From Schizochytrium sp. TIO01 (lineage: Eukaryota > Protista > Bigyra: Labyrinthulomycetes): DNA of 64,000 nt. The position numbers and the translations under genes were made by a program. The notes under the pieces were generated by a model. It had not been told where the DNA came from. It made no database searches and saw nothing but the letters and a program-made list of their open reading frames with translations. The DNA lies in assembly GCA_004764695.1 (NCBI GenBank), contig SMSO01000035.1:620001-684000 (forward strand), written 5' to 3'. Each line of letters begins with the position of its first letter. The stretch's first letter is position 1. This document shows, one piece after another, positions 8,997 to 20,900 of the stretch.

Positions 8997-11900
8997 ATGG
9001 CGCTCGCTTTCCAGCGCGTTGCTCTGGCTGTTGCTCTCGTACTGAATTTTTGCTTTGTGAACCTACCTTTTGGTATTGCTCAATCAGTGACCCCTTCTTA
9101 CTGCTCTCAAAGCAACTATGCGAGCTTTCAAGGTCGCTGCTATAGATATAGCACCAACGCAGCAACATGGAATAATGCTAACAACATTTGCATCAATGAA
9201 GGGGGAACGCTCGTATCAATGCATACTCTTGAAGAAAACCAACACGTTGGTTTGACTCTTGGATGCAGGTACAATCGCTATGGTAACAGTGGACGGGCTT
9301 CTGGAGTTTGCTGGATCGGCCTGTACCAGTTGCAAGGGGAGAGCTCAGGATGGCAATGGATTAATGGAGATCCAGTGTCCTACACAAAATGGGCTCCTAA
9401 TGAACCAAACAATGTCGATAATTCAAACGACGGTGGTGAGGATTGTGCTCAGATTTGGGATCGCCAATATGACCAAGGGAATTGGAACGATGAACCGTGT
9501 GAATGGAGCTATCCTTTTGTATGTGTACAAATGGCTCTTTGTCCCGCAGGGTACTACCAAAGTAGGGCTTACGAGCGCTGGACTGACGATAGCTTACTCC
9601 CAGAGTGCTCAATGTGCCCCGGTGGAACCTATCGAGCTGCAATTGGAGCACTAGCCTTGAGTGAGTGCCTCTCTTGTCCTGCAGGAAAGATCGGAAATGC
9701 AGGCCGTTCAAGTGTTTGCACTGAAGACTGCCCGCAAGGCTACTATTGCCCTGCAGGAACTGATGCTGATGCTGCGGTAAATTCTGATCGTGGTCCACAG
9801 GCATGTCCTGCTGGTACCTATGGACCGTATACAGGTCTCAAGACTGTAGATCAATGTAAAGAGTGTGATCCTGGATATTTCTGTGGAGGTCAAGCCAATA
9901 CAGTATCAAATCCATCAAGTGGTCAGTGTGATGCTGGGAGATGTGGTTTTATGGCCCAAAAAAACAGTCAATGTACTCAAATTTGCCCTCCTGGATATCG
10001 TTGTCCTGCTGGATCAGCTTGTCCAGGTGCAACTAAATGGGACAGCTCAACAGTCACCAATTATGCCTTGGATTGTGGAGGAGAGAGTGTGTTTTGCCCA
10101 GCGGGGTCAATCACTTCAACTCCTGTGGACCCTGGCTTCTATAGCATTGGTTCTCCAGAAGAAAGGAGTACTGGGCAGGTAGAATGCGAACCTGGGTATT
10201 ATTGTACCTCAGGCCGGCGCATTCTCTGTCCTGGGGGTACCTATCGCTCAAGCGCTGGTGCCATGAGCGAGGCAGAGTGTTCAATATGTCAATCAGGTTA
10301 CACATGCCCCTCTTCTCGTGTTAACACAAGTCCACAATCAGTAAATTGTTACGATGATGTTTTCAACACATCACTGGCCAGCTACAAGCCTTCAGAGCTT
10401 TACTGTCCTGCTGGGTCAGCATATCCTCTGGTAGTTGAAGATGGAATGTACACGACACCCGAGACAGATCAAGCATTATATAACCGCAAAGCACAAATTT
10501 CGTGCGATATTGATGAAGTTTGTGCCGAGGGTTTGCGTGAGGCTCTTCTTCAGTGGAGTTCAGTTACTACTTGTGCAACTTTAAATCAAGCGTCTGTAGC
10601 TGTACCTGAAATGTCGGCTTCTGGGACAATTCTGGGTACTTTCCCTGCGGCCGTCCCTGCTTCAGTTGCGTCTGAGTATGATGTGAGTTATTTACTTGGC
10701 ACTGTTGCATACTTTGATTCATCAGTTACAAGCTGCGAGCCGACAACTAGGGCCAAAAACAAAGACATTTTTCAGGTGGGTGGGGATTCTGGGTCTCTTT
10801 CTCTAACTCGTGACGACTTGCAATTCGAGACTTGTCTACCAACTTTGGATGTTCGCTATAAGGTTCCAATCATTGCTCGTGTTTTTGAGAAATCAACTTC
10901 AAACCTGATTAGCTCCATCCAATGTCCTATCATTGTAGAAGTGCAGGATGCAAATGACCAACCTGTATTTATTGGTTTCAATGCTGGAGATGGCTCAACA
11001 ACCGAGGAAACCATTTACTACCGGCAGATTAACGAAGGAGTGCAAAAAAATGTTCCTGTCGCAGTATGTGACTCTAGTGGCTATGCTGCAGGTTGTCCTA
11101 TCACAAGCTCAGGCTCCTCTGCCGCTGAGCTCCTGACAGAGGATGAGGATGACGGCACTGTGCTTCAGTATAGTATTGTAAGCGGTGATGACGGCGCCGC
11201 GTCAGATGCCGAGCGGCCTTTTAAGATCGACCCGTGCTCAGGCCTTGTTTCTGCACGAATTTCAGATAATATTCGCTTCAACAACAAGTCACTCTACCGC
11301 TACGTCATTGCTGTCACAGATGATGGTAATGGAGGTCGCTTTACCCCTAAAACAGCGGAGGCGATCTTGTACATTTATGTCATTGATGTAAACGACAATC
11401 CAGTATTCACCTATAATGTTGAGACACACCCATTTTATATCATAGAGAACCAGCCCGAAAACTCTCTTATTACTGGAACTTCACTTAGCGAACTCGCGAC
11501 AGACGAAGATGGCGACTCTTTGAATTTTCAGATAGTCACTAATGATGGAGACGCCTTCAAAATCGTGAATAATCAACTTCTTACGACTCGCGTTGGTGCA
11601 GAGACTATCAACTATGAGTCTTCAAAAAAGCGTTATTTCCTTGATATTGAAGTGCAAGATAATCGAGGCGGGTTTGCCCAGGGTACAATTCAAGTTTTGG
11701 TGCAGAACGCAAATGATCCTCCTAGTCTCGCATCTAGTGCCAACGCATTTTACGTTTTCGAAAATTCACTTGGAGTACCTATTTGTACTGATCCGGAAGC
11801 GTCTTGCACGCTTGTAAATAATCCTGGCACGATTACTGCAACTGACGAAGATGTAACTAGCGATATAGTTTTTGAACTCATCGGTAGTCACACGGACAAG

Positions 11901-14900
11901 TTCACAATCGATGCTTCTACCGGCGTTATCACAACCTCAGCAGCTCTTAACTTTGAAGATGAATCTCTTGGCTTACTTACGGGCTCAGGGCGAGGCTACA
12001 CACTTTCGATTAAAGCAACATCCCAGGGAGAGTCTGGAACTGACGATGACGCTAGTACCACAGCATCAGTAACAGTATATGTAGTTGACGAAAACGAGCA
12101 ACCGACATTCTCTGACCCCAGCCTCATAATTAAAGTCCCAGAGACGTGGCCTGTAGGTGCTTTCTTGCCTACAACTATTCAGGCTTCTGATCCTGACAAT
12201 GAGGATACTGTCCTCCTAGGGAAAACTGCTCCTGTTCAAACTCTAACGTTCTCAAACTTTGGATCCAATGCGTTCTTTACTATGAGTACTGATGAAGATG
12301 AACGCGGAACAATTAAGGTGTCAGGTTCGCTTTTGGGTCAAGGAGGGACTGATATTCCACTTCTTGTTCGTATCCAGGATAATGGAGGACCAGTCCGCCA
12401 AGAATCAACAAACACATTCTTGGTGACTATTTTGGACGTCAACGAAGCTCCAACATTCAATTCAACGCAGTTCACATTTAATGCGAACGAAAATGAAGAC
12501 TTCTTATCATCAGCAATCTTTGCGACAGATAACGACATTGGCCAGACACTTACATACTCTGTGATTGGAGGCAATGGCCAAACATTTTTCGAGATAGTCG
12601 ATGCTGACTCTGGCTCTGGCATTTCCAACCGTGGTTTCAAGGTAAAGAAGAAAAGTGGAGTGCTACTCAACTATGAACTTTCATCGAAAGAATGGACTCT
12701 CAATATCCAGGTTGCAGATGAGGGCCCGTCAGCTAAAATTGGAATATTTTGCAATCCAAGTGCAAGTGCCTCTTGTGGAGGTGGCGCATTTTGTGACTCT
12801 GGTCGATGTGTTCAGACGTGCTATGACACAGTTGTGGCAAACGCAAGCGTATATCAAGCTGAGGTCAGTCTCTCTTCATTTTATCGTTGTGATTACAGTG
12901 GCGCAGCTCCAATAGAATCGATTAACGGGCAGCCCAGCTCTTTCTTTAGTGAAACTGCCGAAACTACAGTTGTTATTACAATTGTTGATAAAAACGACGC
13001 CCCAGCTTTCACAAACTGCTCAGCAATGCAATTTCAGGTTGTAAGCAATCGGAGGAGTGAAAACCAGGTTGTGGGAAGCGCTAGCAACCTATTCGCTTTT
13101 ACTTATGATGAAGACGCGCAAAATCCTGGAAGCACCTTTGATCGTGAGTGGTCCTATACTGTCATTCCGGAAGACTCTTACAACTATTTTACAATAAGTA
13201 ACGGTGCTTTGGTATACCAAGGTAGTGCGAGCAACACCGCCGCGACTGGTCAAGTATTTCATCCGACTCTAAGGGTTATCGATGCAGTCGACTCTTCTTT
13301 CTACTCTGACTGTCTGCTGAACATCATTGTTGTCGAAGCAAACACCCCACCATCAATGTCTGATTATACTACACCAGTATTTTCCGAAGGTACCGACATA
13401 TCTGGTGAAGATGATATTGAAGTTCTTTCAAGTATGATGTTTCTTGTTGTTGACCCGGATGACAATGAGAATTTTACCTTTACTACTTCTTCAAATCCAT
13501 ACTTCAATGTTGACCCTGGTAATGGGCGTATAACAGTAGGATCCGCAGTCGTCAGCTACGAGAGCTTCTCGTCACATGCCTATGAATTAATCGTACGCGT
13601 ACGGGACAGCAAGGGTGCTGAAGATGTTGCGACAGTTACAATCCCTATTGGCGATGTGAACGAGGCGCCATCCTTTGCATCTTATATTCCTGTCATCGGC
13701 GTACCAGAAAACTCTACCTTGGGGACTATTGTACAATCCTCCTTAGAAGATGCTGCGTTGGTTTCAGATCCTGACATTTACTCAAGCTCGACTTGGCATG
13801 ACCTATCCTTTTCATTAGCGAGCTGCTCGCTCTCGCCATGTCCCTTCTCTATAGATGAAGCTGACGGTTCAATTTCGTTGATTTCTGCACTCGATTATGA
13901 GGGTGTTACATCGTTGTACAGCTTAAGCATTGTAGCACGCGATGGAGCGGGCTTGGAAGACACAGGGACCTTCACCATTCAAGTGGATAATGTCAACGAG
14001 AACCCAGTATTTATAAGTGATCCTACAGTATCTGTTGACGAAGGGGGAGATGGATCTGGAAGTATACTTTTCAATATGAAGACCGTAGTTGAGGACCCTG
14101 ATGTGGGAGATGAACCGGAAAATCTTGTTTATACCATCCTTGACAACAACTCTCCATTTTCCATCGAAAACGGAGTTCTAATGGGTACAAATAGTTTCAA
14201 GCTCGATTATGAGGCTCAACAACAATACAATGTTAATATTGAGGCACGGGATAGCAAAAATCTTACTGCCAGAGCAGAAGTGACTGTCCTTGTTCGCAAT
14301 ATCAACGATGTCAAAATATCGAGCGTTACTGTCATCGATGGTTACCTTAGTTGCTCAGGGGGCTCCCAGGTTGTGATTACAGGAAATAACTTCGGTCTCA
14401 TTAACAACACCATTTCTGAAGCAAGCCTCCTTGTAAAATATACAAATACTCGGACTGGCGCAGTCTATGTGTGCGATAATCCAACACGAACTTCTGACGA
14501 CAACACGCAAGTGACATGTACAAGTTCTGCTGGCGTAGGATCGGGATTTCTTTGGACTGTTTCTGTGACTGTTCCTGGGACAGACATCCAAGGTGATACT
14601 TCGCCTGCGTTTGCGACCCCAAGTTTATCATTTGCAGCACCAACTGTTACGGAGGTTGTAAATGCGACAGCCTTTCCTACCCGTGGTGGCCAAGAATTTC
14701 ATATTCTAGGTACTTGTATGGGATTCGCTGGTGATTTCACTGCTTCCGGTGGCTTTGGGTCAACTCCAGATACCTTTGTACGCTATTGTTCAGATGCTGG
14801 TATATGTGTTACCCTATCGGACTGTGTGATGCGTGACACTGGCATAATCTCCTGCACGAGTCTACCTGGCATTGGAGGAAATCTTCGTTGGACTGTGAAG

Positions 14901-17900
14901 GTTGCTGGGGCAACAAGCACATCTTTTTCGGGTGGTAGCTATGCTCGCCCATCGATTCTTTCTTTGAGTCGCACGATCTTTCCATCTGATGGAGATGCCG
15001 AAGTCATCATTCGAGGAGACAACTTCGCTGGAGTCGGAGAAACTCCAGATAAGGCCTATGGTTTACTTGTGTTTGGATCGGTCGAGAAAAGGTATCAGCT
15101 TGTCTCTTGTATAGTTTCAACAAGCTACGAAGAAATCACATGTGCAGGAATTGAGCCTGGCATGGGCACAGGTATGTCCATAGTCCTTGTATTTGGAGGA
15201 CTCCAGAGCCTCCCCGATCCACTTATTAATTTAGGATTCGTACTTCCAACCATCACTACTTTCAAAGGCGAAGGAGTAGATGGAGGTTCCACAGTTGGCG
15301 GCCAGCAAGTTGTTATTGAGGGTTCTGGATTTGGGCCTGCGTGTGGGCGCGCCGCGACAAATGATGCAGAAAGCGTGAAATGCGATATTCTATCAGTACA
15401 GTACAGTCGAAACTCCCAAAGAGTCTCTGACGGTTCAATCATTCGCTACTCCCCTGATTGTGTAGTAGTGACTGACTCGAGAGCAGTGTGCAGCACCACC
15501 CCAGGTACCGGCGCAGGACACCTCTGGGTTTTCAATTTTGGAGGTCATCAAGGAGTATCTCCACCAGCCGGTGTGACAACTTCGTATGCTGTTCCCACAG
15601 TTGGAGGCTACGAAGGTGTGGGAGCCCAGGACGCACTTACGTCAGGAAATCAAGAGGTTTTAATTCGCGGATCTAACTTTGGTCCAGCAAATGGTGCTGC
15701 AATTGTAGCCTTTTATGGTCCAGAGGGTAACCCAAGTGAATTTGGCAGTTCTGATGGGATCTCTTGTGAAATTGAGACAGTGAATGAAGTAATTCGCTGT
15801 TACACTGTCGAAGGTGCTGGTAATGAGCTTACATGGACAGTTTATGTCGATGACCAGAAGTCACGAGCGGAAACAACAAGCTACGGAGACCCAGAAATTG
15901 GATCGATTGATGTCACGGAGTTTGACGTTGATGGAGGCGATGTAGTGATGATCAGCGGTCTAAATTTTGGCCCACAAGGGCGTCAAGAATATCTCGAGGA
16001 TGTTTCATTCGGTCCTTTAGCAAATATTGCCGCCTACAATCCATCTTGTACGATTCGAAGCCACACGCAGCTACGTTGTACAATCCCCCCCGGCATCGGC
16101 ACAAACATGTACTGGACTGTTACAGTAAAAGGTCAAACCTCCACTGTAGGCTCTATTCCAACAGCATATACACCTTTGGAGCTCTTATCCACAGCCTCGG
16201 CTGATAATTCAACCCAAGGAGGTTATTTGATGCGCGTCTACGCGGATGGGCTTCCTATCTGCGACTCTCAGGCATTAATCTCCGTTCTATTTGGCTCGCA
16301 TACGCTCTCGTATGTATTTCTTTATGACGACTTGGTAAGTTCTCAACCGATTTCAGACGTAGTCAGCTATTGTGCTTCATCTATAACACGTGGACGCCGA
16401 AGTCTGAGCTTTTATGTTCCCGAGCTTGCAACCTCTGAGCGAAATCCAGGCGTCGGAATATCGGTTTCTTCAAAGCGATTTTCCGCTGCCTATGTAACAG
16501 AGCTTGACAATTTTGAGTATGCAGCTCCAGTATTGGACTCGGTCTATGCAGAACCTTCTGGTAGTGGTACAGATACAATCCGGGTCGTTCTTCGTGGAAA
16601 AAACTTTTGTCGTAGCACAGATTGCTGCCAAACTTTAGTTAATGGAAATGTTGTTCCAGAAGACTCTCATTCGCATGAGATTATAACTCTCAACGCCTCT
16701 GTTGATGGTGCTACTGTTCAGGTCCGATGCGGAAATCGATACTCTGAACAACGCTACATTTCCACCAGCAATCCATTCACATATTCAGCTACTACATCAA
16801 GAGGAACAGCTGTATCTGAAACCATCTATCCAACTGAAATTCCGGAGGGGAGTGAGTTCATTGATCTTTTCGGCCTCAATTACGGTGAGGTGGCACCTAC
16901 AGTGTCAGTAGGTGGAAGGGGGGCTACAGTCGTATTGCATGAAAAGGTGAGCTGCACAGGCACCAATGCGCCATCCCTGGGAACAGAAGGAGAATGCTAT
17001 CGCACACGGATTTATGTACCAAGTGGACAGGGGAGCTCCAACGGAATCATAGTGATGGCCAATTCTGGAGCTCAATCTACACCAGATGCGCTCTTCGAAT
17101 TCGTTCACTATGCAGCTCCTTTGATTGCATCTATTGACGTCATTGGAGTATCAGCAACTATTCCAACGATTGGAGGGCGTCAGCTCCGTATTTCTGGTTC
17201 CAACTTTGGAATTAGTGGCCAGGTTTACCTATATCAGTACAGGGCATTTTCCAACGGTGACTTCAACTTTGAAACAAATCCAGCGCAGGTTGGCAAGCTT
17301 GCTTGTTCACCTTGGAATCATAGTACAATTATGTGTACAGTCCCCCCTGGTGAAGGTGTTGACCTAGAAGTACGTGTTGAAGTTGGCGACCAAAATTCAC
17401 GAGGCGCCGGGGCAGACCCTGAATTTACAATGTCTTATGAACCTCCAGTTGTTACTGGTACAAGCTTTCAAGGAAGTAGTCTCGATGCAGCAAGAACAAT
17501 AGGTGGAGACCTCATCACAATTCATGGACAAAATTTTGGCCGCCCGTATTTGCAAGGTGCTGTTTGCCCAGATCTATTTCAAGAGAATTGCACGAATATC
17601 TCTCCTCGCATCAGCCTGGGAGGGCTTTCCTGTACTCTTGTGAACAATACCCACAGCGAAATTGTTTGTATGGTTCCACCAGGTCAAGGAAATGGACTTA
17701 CTATCGGTGTAGGTGTTCGAGGCCAATCTACATCTGCGGGTGACATTTTTGGATACCTTCCGCCAAAAATCACGAGTTTTACTCCTCTTTCGGCTCCTAC
17801 GTCAGGACGCAGAAATGGTAATGCGATCATGATGGAGATTTCTGGAGATAATTTTGGTGTCGACGAACTGGAGGTTCGTTACATTGCTGAAGACGGAAGC

Positions 17901-20900
17901 CTCGACATGTTGGTTGCACAATCGAATGGTGGAATCAACAACACATTATATCCCCAGTTTGAGTATAACCACACTTTCATCACATTTGAAGTGCCAGCCT
18001 ACCGTGGAAAGGATTTGATGGTTGTTGTTATTGTCGCAGGGCAAAAAGCGGTTGCGGTCGATTATTTCTCATACCTGAAGCCAGTTGTTGCAGGAGTATC
18101 AGTGATGAATCCTGATGATATCTCAGAGTTCAAGGACGTTTCTGAAGGAGCAATTGGTGCCATTGCAGTAGACTTTCTGCCAGATTCCTATGAGCCTGGT
18201 ACAAGCCTACAATTCCACCGTCGCCGTTTTTTAATGACTTCTGAATCGACAAGCCGTCTTTATATTGTAGGTAGCAGGGAACTAGCGGAGGTCGTGCTAC
18301 GCACTCCGGCTACAACATCTTGTGATTTATCATCAAAATTTCGTGGGTACTCATGGATAACCCAAGTAAATACAGTTCTAGATAATGGTGTTTTTTATCA
18401 ACACGTGGATGTTTTTCCGAACGAATATTGCTCTGGAGAGGTTGCTGTAAGCATTGAAACCCGTGGTGGTCTCTCTAAAGCGAGTACTTTGTCTCATGGT
18501 GAGGCAGGTTGCACTACTCCTTACATGAAGCTTGTGGAAAGTATTGAGATGACACCTCAAACTTTAGTAGGTGTGGGATTCTTAGCAAACATGAGTTGCT
18601 GTGGAGATGGCAGTTTCTGGACAGTAGGCGTGGCGGAGGAATGTGCTTGCGAAATGCTAACTCAGAATCGAGCACTGCTATCTACTGGAAAATCTTATGG
18701 TGTCTACCTTGTAAATGATCTTACAGATCTCTACTTCTCCGAGCCTGTAAGTTCTCCAGAAATTCTGTTGAATCAAAGTGCTTTTATCCTTCCACGATAC
18801 GGCCCAACTTATGTATCCGTAGACAATAGATCTCTCGATGAAACTCCCACAGGACCTACATCAGGGTGCTATGAATTTGAGTCATACGAAGTTTACCAGG
18901 AGAGACGTGCAGAGTCCATCCTTTTGTACGGCACGGCACTAAATGTCTATAGGCGCTGCGTTACCAAGGCTTTAATGACCTTGACTGGTGACAACTTTTC
19001 GACAGACATCGAAAATTCTACGAACTCGAATGATTTACAAATATTCTTTGTTGACGAAAAGACTGGCGCCTCTTATAGGGCTGCAACAACAACATCCCAG
19101 GGAGATCATAACGAGATTTGTTCATCTTCGGATGGTTGTGTTCACACGCATGAACAAATAACATTCCAAATTCCGCCTGGAGCAGGTCTAAATCTTTTGA
19201 TTATGATTCAAGTTGGGAACCAGGACACCTTTGCCGAGGTTCCCAATTCGAATGCAACAGACTCAAGGGTGCGCTTCAATTATATGACACCGAGCGTTTC
19301 TCGAGCATCTCCGGGCACCTTAACAGGAGACTCTTATGAGTTTGCTGATGCTGCTGGTGATGTCTCTGTTGATTTGCGGGGTACTAATTTTGGAGGAGTT
19401 CTCGCCAACACAACCATCTATGTTGATGGACGGATTTGCCCAAATTCGCGCTGGAGAAGTCCTGATGAAGATCTTACTACTGGACTTCCTTTTCTCTCTT
19501 GCGAACCTGAAGCGGATATTGTAGGTCCAAGAAATCTTTTTGTATGTGTATCCAACCAGGCTACCCTAGTTATTTCAAGTTCCCAAGATACAAGTATTCT
19601 TACAGAAGCTGATTATATTCGAATGACTAGTTCAACGAGTCAACTATCGAATGCAGACCAAGCAACTATTGACAACTTTCACTCAGTAGTTACTTCGCGC
19701 TACAACACCCGATGCAAATCTGTGTCGGAACGATCAGGAAATATCCTGGGTCAATATGGCGGTCTCGGTCAGCTTTGCGTAACGTGCCCAGGTGGGGCAG
19801 TCTGCGAAACTGGCGATGCACCATTTGTTGATCCGCATGCCGCGGAGGGCTACTATCGTCTAGATGTTGCAATATATGAAGAAGATGGCAAAACTGTGAG
19901 AGAGCGCGCAGCCTTACGTTGTCCTTCTGAACGTTGGGATACAATTTTTCTGGATACATATCCATCTGCGACGTTTGACTCAACTTGCTCAGACTATGTG
20001 GCATGCCAACCTTCGGAAGCCTGCCTGGGGGCAAATAATTGTGATCAAGCGTACCGGTATGCTTATGATAAGTGCAATGAGGTCAGGTCTAGCGAAGGAT
20101 ATAATAATTCTTGCGGCGTTTTTCAAGATCCCTTTACTGGTGTCTACAAGGGCATTGACATGGACTGCAATCCAAATCCCACAAGTGAATGTACTCCTGA
20201 CTCTCCACAAAATTGTGCTAAGTGCATTGTGACATATGATAGGGAAATTTCAATTACATTACCCGTAGGTAGATGTGAATGCACAATGCCTCAACGGTGT
20301 GCTCTATGTACACTGAATACACATTATCGTCTCAACAATCGCTGCCAAGAATGTCCACAGAATGTATGGATGATTATTCTGGCGTTCTCTATTTTGGTTT
20401 TGCTTATGATTGCTGCTGGCTATTACTTCAATCGATTCAACCTAAACCTTGCACTCCTTGCAATCGGCATTGATTTTGCTCAGGTTCTCTCTGTTTTTAG
20501 CGCTGTAAACTTGGAATGGCCGCAAGCCTTTGAGAAATTTCTCAGCTTTTTCAGTTTCTTATCTCTGAACATTGATATAGTAGGCATTGAGTGCATTGTT
20601 CCTACTTTCGAATATGAAACAAAATGGTGGCTTAGCCAATCGCTGCCTCTAGTTGTGCTAGCCATTCTTATTCTGATGCACTTGATTTATAGTGTCTATA
20701 AGGTCTGCCGCCATACGAAAAGAGTAAAGCTCACATCTCATGTTGGACGTTTGGTTGCAATCTATCTTGTAGTTTGCTACGTGTTGTATATCGCGGTAAC
20801 ACGAAAATCTTTGGAAATTTTCGACTGCACAGCATTACCTGAGGATGATGGCTACACATACACAAGTTTTACATCTCTGAGCTGCGATGGAGGATCTTTG

